Virus record (IMG/VR): IMGVR_UViG_3300020122_000155
Location: 1 to 64,000 of that record
Strand: one strand, 5' to 3'
From: a virus
DNA length: 64,000 nt
The position numbers were made by a program, and so were the translations under genes. The notes under the pieces were generated by a model. The model saw nothing but the letters and a program-made list of their open reading frames with translations, had not been told where the DNA came from and made no database searches. This document shows, in pieces, positions 10,777-20,218 of this stretch. Each line of letters begins with the position of its first letter. Within the stretch, counting starts at the first letter, position 1.

Positions 10777-11148
10777 TCACTGCGCCGCCCCCTGATCCTG
10801 CATCTCTTCGCTGCCCATCGGCTCGCCGCCTTCGCCTTCACCCTCTGCGGATTCATCCCCGGCGCTTTCAAAAAAAGCATAACAACCGTCATCCGGGCTG
10901 AACTGGCCGTCCACTTCCTCGCACGTCCCATCTTCGGCGTGGTAATTCTCGCAGTCCGAGCAATGCTCGTTCCCGCGAATAACGATGGCACGCTCCGGCG
11001 ACGCCTTCTCGCTCGCTTCGTCCTCTGGCGTGTCCGGCCCAGCGGCAGGTGGCTTCGGTGCTGGCTCTTTGCCGCCGCCCGGTGGCTTTGCCCCTACTGC
11101 GATCACGAGAGATGGTTTCGCGCCCGGCGGGGGCATCCTTGTTGCCAT
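10777..11148 (-). CDS. Protein with HiPIP-like four-Cys module
   Basis: CSDCENY...CEEVDG.FSP...CYAF; AAGGAG SD. Confidence 0.5.
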   Translation of the reverse strand: MATRMPPPGAKPSLVIAVGAKPPGGGKEPAPKPPAAGPDTPEDEASEKASPERAIVIRGNEHCSDCENYHAEDGTCEEVDGQFSPDDGCYAFFESAGDESAEGEGEGGEPMGSEEMQDQGAAQ

Positions 11149-11163
11149 AAAAAGTCTCCTTTT

Positions 11164-12348
11164 TCAAACTCCTGCCCAGATTCTAAAAAGCGTTCCGTCG
11201 TATACCAGCATGAGCGGCGTCCCTGCTGCAATCGCCGATGGATTCGTGGTTCCGTCTTTCAACTTGATCGACTTCGCCCCAAGCGTGTCGATATTAATTG
11301 TCGTCGCGCCGCCCGTGACGGCTGTAACCACGATCCAGTTGACCGTCATCCCGGCTGAGTAAGCCGTGAGCGTCGGGTTCATCGTCGCCGTATACGTTAC
11401 GCCGCTCGCCGATGTTTCCGTGAGGCAAATTGACCCACACGATTGCGCGTTGGCCCGAGATTGAATCCTAGCCGTGCTAACCGTGATAGATGGATTGCCA
11501 GCCTGTGCGTCGGGGTTCGTTATCAGGATCGATGAGTCGCCCGACGTAAGCACTGCCGTCGAACCACAACCACCCGCCGTTAAGATCTGGAATCCAGTCC
11601 CGGCGCATGTACCACCACCCCCGCCACCGCCGCCACTGGTTCCGGGAGCCCAAATCATTGCATACGCGGGAGCCACCGCATAGGTGATTGTCACGTCACC
11701 GGCCACCAGGGGGCTCGCCGCTGAATTGGCAGCACCGCACGATACCCAGTTGTGCGGCGTTGCGCCGTCCCAGCACGAGATAACCGCTCCCGGACCCTGC
11801 CCGTGAGTAGCTGCTGTGATCGTCGTCCCGCTGGCGGGAACTACCGCACCATGCGGCCCTGCACATGTCGAGCAAAGCGTATAGGGAACGATGGCAGTGC
11901 TACTCGCCGCCGCATTGTACCCTTCGAACAGGAAGATCTGAGAGAGAGAATTTGCGCCCGCTGTGGTCTGCGCGATACCTATGACCCATCCCGTCGTGGG
12001 AGCCGTCGCGCCAGCATCCATGCAGCGGCCCGCCGTCGCTGTCGAGTTGACGATAAAATGCCCGATGACTGCCCCGCCAGCATCCATCTGACAGGAAAAC
12101 TTACCACCAACCCCGAGAGACGCTAAGCCAGAAGTTCCGGCATTATAAATCACCAGGAAAACCGGTACCGCCGTATCGCCCGTTCCAGTCTTGATCGCAT
12201 GACCGGCACTGTTTATCTTCGCCAGTTGATTGAGCGTCGTGCCCCCGGCATCGTTCGTGATCTGGATTGAAAATCCGCGTACCTGAAGGGGATTAACCTG
12301 TTGCGCTATCGCGGCCACGGCGCAAAGCGAAAAGATGATCGCCTTCAT
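11164..12348 (-). CDS. Gly/Thr/Ala-rich fibre- or decoration-like structural protein
   Basis: Composition and a C-terminal YSAGM..N.GATTINIDTLGAKSIK..DG..LVYDGT.F segment typical of tail-fibre-like domains; signal-like N-terminus. Confidence 0.55.
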   Translation of the reverse strand: MKAIIFSLCAVAAIAQQVNPLQVRGFSIQITNDAGGTTLNQLAKINSAGHAIKTGTGDTAVPVFLVIYNAGTSGLASLGVGGKFSCQMDAGGAVIGHFIVNSTATAGRCMDAGATAPTTGWVIGIAQTTAGANSLSQIFLFEGYNAAASSTAIVPYTLCSTCAGPHGAVVPASGTTITAATHGQGPGAVISCWDGATPHNWVSCGAANSAASPLVAGDVTITYAVAPAYAMIWAPGTSGGGGGGGGTCAGTGFQILTAGGCGSTAVLTSGDSSILITNPDAQAGNPSITVSTARIQSRANAQSCGSICLTETSASGVTYTATMNPTLTAYSAGMTVNWIVVTAVTGGATTINIDTLGAKSIKLKDGTTNPSAIAAGTPLMLVYDGTLFRIWAGV

Positions 12349-12698
12349 TAGTCTACGAGCACCATAAGATCGTCGCCGACCTGGGGAATGTTGGCCGCGT
12401 TGAAGGTGATCGTGCTTCCGACAAGCGTATATGAAATCGCTGGGTCCTGAAGCAGCCCATTTCGGAAAACTGCAAGCCCGACCGTGGGTGCCGTGGGCGA
12501 TACGAATACAGCATTGACGCCATCGATTGTGCCGGTAGGCGTAACTGGGTTCGGGAAGCCGCCGCTGCTATTTGCAATGTCCCAAATGAAATTTATGTTG
12601 TCGTTGGGAGAGAAATATCCCGATGGAATGAGCCGCGCCTTGCGGCCAGCAGCCGTAAAATTTACAAGAACGTTGGCGGGCGGTGGGGTAAAGCTCAT
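12348..12698 (-). CDS. Small beta-rich structural protein
   Basis: PTGTIDGVNAVF..VFRNGLLQ..YTL.GSTITF..P..GD.L module common in phage structural proteins. Confidence 0.55.
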   Translation of the reverse strand: MSFTPPPANVLVNFTAAGRKARLIPSGYFSPNDNINFIWDIANSSGGFPNPVTPTGTIDGVNAVFVSPTAPTVGLAVFRNGLLQDPAISYTLVGSTITFNAANIPQVGDDLMVLVD

Positions 12699-15076
12699 TA
12701 TCGGCCTCCTCGCGCGAATCGGCGAGTAATTCTGCCAGCATCGGGCTTCATGCCCGGACTCAACTTTAAAGACTTCTGCGTCATGACGCTTGGCGGTGCC
12801 GAAATCCCGATGAGGAGCGCTCGAATGAACGGGTCCTCAACTTCCTGATTGCGCTTCACCGCGCCAAGCGCTGAAACCGTATTCCTGCAATCGGCGGAGA
12901 ATTTGATCTTTGGCCATTCACCGGCCACTCGCCCCTCGCACGCCGCCATGTACTGCGTGTATAGATTGATATCCTGCGCCGCCAACTTGAAAGCCGTCAC
13001 CTTGTCGTAGGTCAACTCTTCGTAATCCACCGGTTTGAATCGGAGAAGATCGCGGAGCCGGTCAAAGCTCGCATCCTCAAGTTCCGCCATCTGCGCGGAG
13101 AATTTCGCTGCCTTCAATTCTTGCTGGACGCTCACGCGATCTTCGAATTGCCCGATGTTTGGATCGTAAGAGAGCATCCCTTGCTCCATCAGTTCGGCGT
13201 AACTTCCGATAGGCTCGACCGGCGCAAACGCCGCCTTTTCCATCAGCACATCGATGTTCCACTTTTGAGTGAAGTGAATGCTTCGCAGAAAATCCTGCAG
13301 GTCTGGGATCGATGCCTCCGCGATCCGCCGACCGACTTCGTGCGCGTCCATACCCTCAAGGTGCAACTCGCGGTACACGCGGAGAGATTTCGTTGGCGTC
13401 TCGCAAATCCATAGCGCCGCTCCGGTTGAACCGGGAGCGATGGCGATCCAGCGCCGCCAGTGTGGTTGGAGCTTGAGATCTGGCTCTACGTGGCAGGCCG
13501 TTTCCGGTTCGCCGATGCGCGGCATAACGCGGAACTCTGGAACTCCAGTGTTCGACATCGAGTCGGCGAGCCTTCGAACTCCTTGACTACCGGCATCAAC
13601 GTCGTCGTCGTTCTTCCCGCGCGGGAAGTTGGCGTGCTCCTCGATGTAACCATCCACCCAGGAATAAATCTCCGGGTTTGGCAGGTAAACGTTCCCCGAT
13701 TCGACATAGGGCGCGATGGCGTTCGCGCGCGCAATCTTGCCTCCGTCAGGTTCAATTGCGATGATGCCGGGGATTTCATTCTTCAGCGTCGCGATTACGG
13801 CGGGACCGTTGGCCTTATCTTCTATCAACTTCTCCGGGCACGGATACTCTTCCGCCTGCTTTCGAAAGCGTTTGACGGTGGTCGGAAAATCCATCCGGTC
13901 GCGCTCACGGTCGATCAGATAGAAGTTAGCTCCCACCCGGCCCCACACATGACCGGCGACATAATCCGAATCGCTCTCACCTTTGAATGCGCAATCCCAG
14001 CTAAGCAGGCATTGCTCAAACGCAATCGGCAACGCCACTGGCTTTTTGTAAAGCAGGGGTTTGCCTGGATTCTTCACCGCAATCGGGCGGTACTCGCGCG
14101 TCGTCGGATCTATGTCCACGGTCGGAGGGTTCCAATAGTTGAACCACTCGCGCTTGAACATCGCACCTTCGCCCGGTGACGGACGCTGCTGCAATTGGCC
14201 AGCGGCTCCCATCTCGCCAAGATCCACTTTCAACGCCGCTATTTCTGGCTTCCCAAATTGCGCTGGCCACAACAGTTGACCCGGCTCTGTACGTGGATCG
14301 CTCCAGCCAATCGAAGTAGCTTTTTTTGAACCTTCATATTCGGCGGGAAGAACCAATAACTCCCATCCACCCTTTTCCGTCAAATGCCCTGTCATGTCCT
14401 GCTCGTGGCATCGCTGCTGAATGTTGATTCGCGCAACCGTCTTAGGATTGTTACCGCGAGTTGACATCGTTTGATCGTGAAACTCATGCGCCGTTTCGCG
14501 AATTGCGGGACTGGTTATCTTCTTAACGTTATCGATATCGTCATATATGATAAATGACCCGCCCTCTCCAGTATTTGACCCGTCGAGAGACGTTGCTAAC
14601 CGATAACCCATCTTGTCATTGTCGAATCTCCGCTTTTCGTTTTGATCCGAAACTATAGAGAACCGCGAGTTCCAAGCGTTTTGATACCACGGGGATTTAA
14701 TGAGCGACCTGCATTTGCGGGAATCGCGCAAGCTCAAAGATTCAGCGTAAGAGACAAATAGAAATTGCTCATGAGGCCTCGTGATCCAAAGCCACGCCGG
14801 AAACATCACGGCGATCAACGAGCTTTTCCCGTGTCTCGGAGGAACATTAATTATTAACTGTCGAATTTCTCCGTTTGCGACGGCCTCTAGGTGCTCCGCA
14901 ATCGCATCGATGTGAATGCCCGGAACAAATTCGGTGCCCGGTTGAATGATCGGCCACGCCAACTTGACGAACGCACTGAACGAGGTTTCGGCTTCGGCCA
15001 ATCTGCGACGGCGCAGGATCTCTCGCGCAATGAGAATCGTATTCTCCTTCGCGATCTGGATTTCTTTTTTCGTCAA
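12698..15076 (-). CDS. terL: Terminase large subunit
   Basis: INVPPRHGKS Walker A, IIYDD Walker B, SWDCAFK..SDY, IEDKANG and FPRGKNDDDVDA nuclease motifs. Confidence 0.95.
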   Translation of the reverse strand: MTKKEIQIAKENTILIAREILRRRRLAEAETSFSAFVKLAWPIIQPGTEFVPGIHIDAIAEHLEAVANGEIRQLIINVPPRHGKSSLIAVMFPAWLWITRPHEQFLFVSYAESLSLRDSRKCRSLIKSPWYQNAWNSRFSIVSDQNEKRRFDNDKMGYRLATSLDGSNTGEGGSFIIYDDIDNVKKITSPAIRETAHEFHDQTMSTRGNNPKTVARINIQQRCHEQDMTGHLTEKGGWELLVLPAEYEGSKKATSIGWSDPRTEPGQLLWPAQFGKPEIAALKVDLGEMGAAGQLQQRPSPGEGAMFKREWFNYWNPPTVDIDPTTREYRPIAVKNPGKPLLYKKPVALPIAFEQCLLSWDCAFKGESDSDYVAGHVWGRVGANFYLIDRERDRMDFPTTVKRFRKQAEEYPCPEKLIEDKANGPAVIATLKNEIPGIIAIEPDGGKIARANAIAPYVESGNVYLPNPEIYSWVDGYIEEHANFPRGKNDDDVDAGSQGVRRLADSMSNTGVPEFRVMPRIGEPETACHVEPDLKLQPHWRRWIAIAPGSTGAALWICETPTKSLRVYRELHLEGMDAHEVGRRIAEASIPDLQDFLRSIHFTQKWNIDVLMEKAAFAPVEPIGSYAELMEQGMLSYDPNIGQFEDRVSVQQELKAAKFSAQMAELEDASFDRLRDLLRFKPVDYEELTYDKVTAFKLAAQDINLYTQYMAACEGRVAGEWPKIKFSADCRNTVSALGAVKRNQEVEDPFIRALLIGISAPPSVMTQKSLKLSPGMKPDAGRITRRFARGGR

Positions 15077-15082
15077 CGGTAT

Positions 15083-15340
15083 TTATTCTGCTGATTTGCT
15101 GCGTTCAGCTACACACTGCGGGCAGGTATGCTCGTCGTAACGCGGAGTTCCGTTCGGCCAATTGTGCGAGTGCTCCGGCGTCAGCTTCACGTCGAGCGCT
15201 GGCAACTCCACCTTGTACATTTTCCCGTAGTCGTCGCAAATCTCGGAATCGCATTGCGCCGTGTGCCCGACCCACGTCATCGGTACGCCACACTTCGGAC
15301 AGCGAAGGATGACGCTCGATGGATGGATGGTCGCGCTCAT
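15083..15340 (-). CDS. Small Cys-rich protein
   Basis: CPKC..C...C..CPQC; ATGA overlap with the upstream gene. Confidence 0.5.
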   Translation of the reverse strand: MSATIHPSSVILRCPKCGVPMTWVGHTAQCDSEICDDYGKMYKVELPALDVKLTPEHSHNWPNGTPRYDEHTCPQCVAERSKSAE

Positions 15341-15681
15341 GCGTCTCCGCGAAAGATCGCCGCGACCTTCAGGAACCACTCCGGCCACGCAATGCCCTTG
15401 CCGAACATCTGAGTCCGCTGGAGTAGCGTTTGCGTCATACTAGCCCAGGCCATACGCTCGTTCTCGGGACAGCCGAACGCTTGGTGCGCCTGCATGACGC
15501 CAGCCAGCATCATCGCAAGGTCATCGCCTTCGGGGATCGCGGCCAGCATCGCAGCCGCCACGGTATCGAGATCGCGTTTCACGCTTCTCCTCACGGTATT
15601 CGGGAAGATTGGCACCGCGCGCTGCATGGTCTCTTCGGAGACTGCATCACCGGACATAATTCCATTCGTTTTTTCGCTCAT
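15337..15681 (-). CDS. Hypothetical protein
   Basis: 114-aa ORF in operon. Confidence 0.5.
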   Translation of the reverse strand: MSEKTNGIMSGDAVSEETMQRAVPIFPNTVRRSVKRDLDTVAAAMLAAIPEGDDLAMMLAGVMQAHQAFGCPENERMAWASMTQTLLQRTQMFGKGIAWPEWFLKVAAIFRGDA

Positions 15682-15698
15682 AAAATACCCTTATTGAG

Positions 15699-15963
15699 GA
15701 CTTCTATACATGAACACAGCAGCGTCGAAAATTCAGTGCTTCGTTCTGTTACTTCGCCTGCGCCGCCCTGAGCGCACACATAGCATTAGCCGAATTGCAG
15801 GCGGCTTGAGAGAAACGCATTGCGTCCTCTGATTTGTCAGCACCCGCCGCTTTTTTGATCAGTATCTCAACTGCTTCTTTGCTCTTATCGTCAGTATTCA
15901 TTGGGTTCTACCTCCAAATGTTAATTCTAAAGTTAAAAGCTGCTGTGTTCATGTATAGAAGTC
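15699..15963. repeat. Perfect 25-bp inverted repeat pair enclosing a small ORF
   Basis: GACTTCTATACATGAACACAGCAGC (15699-15723) is the exact reverse complement of 15939-15963. Confidence 0.95.
15749..15901 (-). CDS. 50-aa protein inside the inverted repeats (not in ORF track)
   Basis: GGAGGT SD; MNTDDKSKEAVEILIKKAAGADKSEDAMRFSQAACNSANAMCALRAAQAK. Confidence 0.7.
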   Translation of the reverse strand: MNTDDKSKEAVEILIKKAAGADKSEDAMRFSQAACNSANAMCALRAAQAK

Positions 15964-15966
15964 GCT

Positions 15967-16374
15967 TTATTTCACGTTAGCCGAGACAATAACTACATCC
16001 CCGGAGTTGCTCCCGTCAACCCAAACCGTTTGGAGATTGATCGAGCCGCCAGAATTGGACACTCCATCCGACCAACTCCCGCCCGGAGCCGTCGCTGATG
16101 CTGGTGCTAATTGCCCGGAAAGCTGCCCTGCCGTCGCGCAAGAAGCTGCTGGAGTTGTCGCTACCGGCACGATGCAAATCAGGCCAGATCCAGTACCGCC
16201 GATGGCCATTTGGATGATGTAGCGATCAACGACAAGCGGCGTCGCAGAAACTCTCTGAGGGGTTCCGGCGGTTATGGTTATTTTAAAATTCTTACGACCG
16301 GGAGGGACGAACTGCCCCGGCAGGAGCGCGGCGAACACCGACGCGGCGAGCAGAAGTTTGCAGATTGTTTTCAT
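15967..16374 (-). CDS. Secreted-type beta-rich protein
   Basis: Start at MKTICKLLLAASVFAALL (ATGA overlap, AAAGGA SD); signal-peptide-like N-terminus. Confidence 0.6.
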   Translation of the reverse strand: MKTICKLLLAASVFAALLPGQFVPPGRKNFKITITAGTPQRVSATPLVVDRYIIQMAIGGTGSGLICIVPVATTPAASCATAGQLSGQLAPASATAPGGSWSDGVSNSGGSINLQTVWVDGSNSGDVVIVSANVK

Positions 16375-16886
16375 GTGCTTTCCTTTACTGGACGGTATCG
16401 AGTGATTCCCCGCTCCGCTGCGGCGATATATTCCAGAACCTTTTGCGTCGGCATCTCTCCACGCACTTTGTCCGCGTCCTGAAAATCGCAACAGGCATTA
16501 GGATGAATCTCGCCAGGGGTATCCCCTTCTGAGTTCTCATCGACTCGCGAGCAAATATGCTGAGTCACTCCGTAATACTCGCACCGTTTGCAACTAAACC
16601 CGTTGTCGCTTTTGCGTTCAGTATAGCCAAGCTCTACCGGAGTGAATAGTGCGAGCCACGGAATAATCGGTCGATCCGGCCCATCGTGAGCGAAGTAAAT
16701 GCAGCTACCTCGCATCGGACTGATCTTGTGATTCGGCCCGAACCATGCGCAGCCTGCGGGATAATCCGTGCCCTGTTCTGGCTTATCGCCCGACTTCAGC
16801 GGTTTCACCATCAGGCATTCCTGACAGCGATATTGCGTCTCTGGCCGATAAACGTAGCCAGCTTCCGCCTTGGGAACCTTGCTCAA
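16371..16886 (-). CDS. Protein with two HiPIP-like four-Cys modules
   Basis: CQEC...CAWF...ISP..SCIYF and CKRCEYY...CSRV...GEIHPNACCDF. Confidence 0.55.
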   Translation of the reverse strand: MSKVPKAEAGYVYRPETQYRCQECLMVKPLKSGDKPEQGTDYPAGCAWFGPNHKISPMRGSCIYFAHDGPDRPIIPWLALFTPVELGYTERKSDNGFSCKRCEYYGVTQHICSRVDENSEGDTPGEIHPNACCDFQDADKVRGEMPTQKVLEYIAAAERGITRYRPVKEST

Positions 16887-16888
16887 TT

Positions 16889-17062
16889 TTAGTTATCTTC
16901 CTTCGGGGGACGGTAGCGATTGGTAGGCTTCGGAGATTCTTTGTGTTTGATCAAGCTTGGGTCGCGGTGAAGTTCCTGCTTCATGTTCTTCTTTTGCGCT
17001 TCCGTTAGCGGAGATCCCGACGAGAGCAAATAGCGAACCTGCTTGTCGCTAGACCATGGCAT
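16889..17062 (-). CDS. Small basic protein (57 aa)
   Basis: MPWSSDKQVRYLLSSGSPL..., fills the gap with TAATG coupling. Confidence 0.5.
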   Translation of the reverse strand: MPWSSDKQVRYLLSSGSPLTEAQKKNMKQELHRDPSLIKHKESPKPTNRYRPPKEDN

Positions 17063-17375
17063 TATTCAAGCCATCCGCCTTGCTGCAAATCGAAAGAGCG
17101 CCCTTGTAGCTTCAACTTCTGTGCCAGATGGCGATTCATATACTGCCCGTGTTGCTCAAGCAGCTTCGCGCTCCAGTACGAGTCGTCCAGGGTCACGTTA
17201 CACATGTCATGCCACGCGCCTTGCGCTGAGTGTGACATGACGGCGAAGGTTAGCCCAAGATGCTCGACAAAGAATAGTCGCTCGACGGGATGCGAGACCT
17301 CGTGCGATGCGGTTCCGATGAGAACTTCAGGATACATTCGCCCGATTCTACGCCAACGGGACGCTCGGCGCAAGG

Positions 17376-17534
17376 CTAGTTGAAGCCGCCGCGCACCAAA
17401 TACCAGATCAGCAGAATAACCAAGATCGTTCCGAGCCCGATCCCGCCGCCGCCAAGCGGCCCGTAGTTGACGTGTCCCCAGTAGCCCCCGCCCCCAGCCA
17501 GCAGCAAAATCATAATGATCAGGATGATGAGCAT
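17376..17534 (-). CDS. DUF3309-like small membrane protein
   Basis: MLIILIIMILLLAGGGGYWGH..YGP.GGGGIGLGTILVILLIWYL. Confidence 0.65.
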   Translation of the reverse strand: MLIILIIMILLLAGGGGYWGHVNYGPLGGGGIGLGTILVILLIWYLVRGGFN

Positions 17535-17544
17535 TGGCCTGTCC

Positions 17545-17718
17545 TCAAACCAGACTTTTCACAATTGGCCAAGTAATTACGACCGCCAAGCAAAACACTC
17601 CCCAGAAGAACAGGGCGTTACCATACCAGGGATTCGGAGCGGCCACCCGCCACCACCAGCTTTGGCCTAATGCGGCCAAGAATAAAAGCAACAGACAGAG
17701 AACGCAAATGAATGGCAT
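17545..17718 (-). CDS. Small two-TM membrane protein (holin-like candidate)
   Basis: MPFICVLCLLLLFLAALG...LFFWGVFCLAVVITWPIV; AAGGAG SD. Confidence 0.5.
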   Translation of the reverse strand: MPFICVLCLLLLFLAALGQSWWWRVAAPNPWYGNALFFWGVFCLAVVITWPIVKSLV

Positions 17719-17790
17719 GGACAAAACTCCTTTCGGGAGTTACGCGGGCCGGTGCTGTCGAGTGCAACCGGCCCACTGGGTTACAGACGG

Positions 17791-18036
17791 TTATTTACGG
17801 GCGGCGGGCGGAGGAACAACTACCGGAGGTTCAGTGTTCTGAATGTCGAACGCCTGAACAGCCGCATTGAGATTGGTGATGTTGGAGCCGAGCGCGTCAA
17901 GCTGCGCCTGCGTTACCGGCGAACCGGCAGCAAGCTGGGCCTTGAGGTCATTGATATACGTGCTGGAATCCGTCGCGGCCTTTGCGAACGCAGTCTGAAG
18001 CGCCGTGAACTGGTCATCTACTTCTTGAATAGTCAT
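17791..18036 (-). CDS. Small coiled-coil protein
   Basis: AAGGGAG SD; amphipathic helices. Confidence 0.55.
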   Translation of the reverse strand: MTIQEVDDQFTALQTAFAKAATDSSTYINDLKAQLAAGSPVTQAQLDALGSNITNLNAAVQAFDIQNTEPPVVVPPPAARK

Positions 18037-18100
18037 TTAATTTCTCCCTTTTTTATTTGCTTTCCTAAAATCGACTGGAGTGGCGTTGTGCCATCCAAAA

Positions 18101-18589
18101 TCATCCAAGCGGTGCGCTGTGAGGCGGACTGTTATAGTTTGCGAACTCGCCAAACAGCTCCAATGCTTTAAGGTTGTATGCTTGGGCGGCATCGCATTCC
18201 TCGCGGAACACTCCGATGTAGGTTGACTTCCCTGCCTTCCTGATTTCGGCCTTCCACTTTTGGGTATTTTTGGACCAACTAACGCCCTTGAATTGCGAAG
18301 ATTTTCCACAGAACTTTGGCCGATTTGCTCCATTCTCGGAGCGGGTTGCTGGACGGAGATTATACCGTTGATTATTCAGACCATTGCCGTCCGCGTGATC
18401 AACGCTTCCCGAGCACCCAAGAATAAAGCGGTGCATAAGGATGTTTTTTTCTGTTCCAGCCTTACCTTGGGCATACATCGAATTTTGAGCCTTAGAACTC
18501 CACGCGCACCATTTGTGCTGAGCGACGCGATCATAATCCGCGTCGTCTACAAGCGCCACATACCCGCGTGTTAATGGAATCGTCTTCAT
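18101..18589 (-). CDS. HNH-AP2 homing endonuclease
   Basis: IPLTRGYVALVDD..MHRFIL..VDH.DGNGLNNQRYNLR..AAQAYNLKALELFGEFA. Confidence 0.9.
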   Translation of the reverse strand: MKTIPLTRGYVALVDDADYDRVAQHKWCAWSSKAQNSMYAQGKAGTEKNILMHRFILGCSGSVDHADGNGLNNQRYNLRPATRSENGANRPKFCGKSSQFKGVSWSKNTQKWKAEIRKAGKSTYIGVFREECDAAQAYNLKALELFGEFANYNSPPHSAPLG

Positions 18590-18592
18590 GCC

Positions 18593-18889
18593 TTATCCTT
18601 GCGGAGGAATCCCTTGATCGAACTGCTGAATCGCCGCCGTCTCGTCCTGGACCCTCTTGCCCAGCGCGTCTACTTCCTCCTGGGTAGCTCCGGTGGCATC
18701 CGTGATACCTAGGAACACCTTGATAGAGACGATATCCGCCTGTATTGTTTCCACGGTTGTTTTGAGCGCGCCTAGAGTGGACTGCGCCAACGCCTGATTT
18801 TCGATAACCTGCTTGAGCAGCCCGTCATCGATGTGGTTCTTCAAGAGTTGCTCCAACAAATCTTCGAGCGACTTGAACGGATTCGGCAT
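18593..18889 (-). CDS. Coiled-coil hypothetical protein
   Basis: AAGGA SD before MPNPF. Confidence 0.5.
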   Translation of the reverse strand: MPNPFKSLEDLLEQLLKNHIDDGLLKQVIENQALAQSTLGALKTTVETIQADIVSIKVFLGITDATGATQEEVDALGKRVQDETAAIQQFDQGIPPQG

Positions 18890-18891
18890 AA

Positions 18892-19671
18892 TTATTCCTT
18901 CTGCGCCGCAATCGCTATCGTTCCCGGAGCATACGTTGACCTGACCCACTGATGTCTCGGGAGAGCGCGGCGCGACCTCCGCGAACCGACATGGGGACGC
19001 GCCTTAACTTGTTCGGCTGGCGTCGCCGTCTTAGCTGATGCTTGCTGCCAACCGTTTTGCAGGTTGTTCAAGTCCAAGAAGGATATGTAGCCGCCAGGGG
19101 CCAGTTCCAATGCCTTTGTTAAATGACCACGGAAATCATATGGAGGCGGCGCATTGCGATCCCACCACGCTTTTGTCACAAAGTCGCTCACTAGCACCTT
19201 TGTTCCGGAACCGAGCCACCCGGAAGGGATTGTGATCTCGTATCCGAGATTATCTGCTTCAACCGCGTCGCAGTTTTCAAAACTCCAAAATATGTTGCCG
19301 TCCTGCGAAGCAAGGGATACGTTCGGGTCCCCGAGGCACTCCAGAAGCTCGTGACTGACCGTTACTGAAATTTGAGATCCGTCCGCTTGGGTGGTCCTTA
19401 CGAACGCTTTGCCAAGCGGCTCGCTGTTAGGCCCAACATCGTGATAGCCCAGAGCACCGGCCTGATCAGCGTCATCCAGCAGCGCAATAATCCAATGATT
19501 CGGAGTGGGGTGTTGCCCGGTCGGTGTATAAAAAACTTGTGCGTTTATTCCCCAAAGAGGATAGAAATCCCGACTAATTTGTATCTGCAAGGCATTTGCT
19601 AGGGCCGGTAGATCCCTGTCGGCGAATAGGGTGCTTTGATTCGTTATGGAAATTTGAATTGGGCTATTCAC
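18892..19671 (-). CDS. Zincin-like putative metallopeptidase
   Basis: ALGYHD, SHELLECLGDP, ENCDAVE and VSDFVT motifs. Confidence 0.55.
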   Translation of the reverse strand: MNSPIQISITNQSTLFADRDLPALANALQIQISRDFYPLWGINAQVFYTPTGQHPTPNHWIIALLDDADQAGALGYHDVGPNSEPLGKAFVRTTQADGSQISVTVSHELLECLGDPNVSLASQDGNIFWSFENCDAVEADNLGYEITIPSGWLGSGTKVLVSDFVTKAWWDRNAPPPYDFRGHLTKALELAPGGYISFLDLNNLQNGWQQASAKTATPAEQVKARPHVGSRRSRRALPRHQWVRSTYAPGTIAIAAQKE

Positions 19672-20168
19672 GCAGCCTCCCGCAGCGGCTCGTTTAACTT
19701 TGCGAACTCACCGAATAACTCCAGCGCTGCGAAGTTATACGCCTGCGCAGCGTCAAACTCATCCGCAAAATGACCCAAGTGGCGTCGCTGTTTATTGAAA
19801 TAGATGTAGGCGTTCCACTTTTGGAGATCCTTGCGCCAACATACACCTTTCCACCTGGACGAACATTCCGCCGTGCTTTTCTTTCGATTCGCTCCGTTTT
19901 GCATTCTAGTGGCTGGGCGTAAATTGCCGCGCTGATTATTCAGGCCGTCACCGTCTTTGTGATCGACGTGTCCAGAACATCCCAGAATGAACCTGTGCAT
20001 TCGAATCGTGGTGTATTTGCCAAGCACTTTCTCCTTGCGCTTGGCGTAAATCTTTACGCGGTAAGTGCACTTAGTTACCGCGACGTTCCACTTAAACTTG
20101 CTCAGGCGCTCAAAGTCCTCGTCATCAACGAGCGCAACGTAACCCTGCGTGAGTGGAATCGTTTTCAT
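19668..20168 (-). CDS. HNH-AP2 homing endonuclease (paralogue of 18101-18589)
   Basis: MKTIPLTQGYVALVDD..VDHKDGDGLNNQRGNLR..AAQAYNFAALELFGEFA. Confidence 0.9.
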   Translation of the reverse strand: MKTIPLTQGYVALVDDEDFERLSKFKWNVAVTKCTYRVKIYAKRKEKVLGKYTTIRMHRFILGCSGHVDHKDGDGLNNQRGNLRPATRMQNGANRKKSTAECSSRWKGVCWRKDLQKWNAYIYFNKQRRHLGHFADEFDAAQAYNFAALELFGEFAKLNEPLREAA

Positions 20169-20218
20169 TGCCGTGCCGATTATACACTAACTTGCCGATT
20201 TTACTAGAACCTTGTTAC

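Noticed and set aside
15699-15963. MITE of the resident IS1595
   Set aside because: The IR sequence is unrelated to the IS ends and there is no 8-bp TSD.
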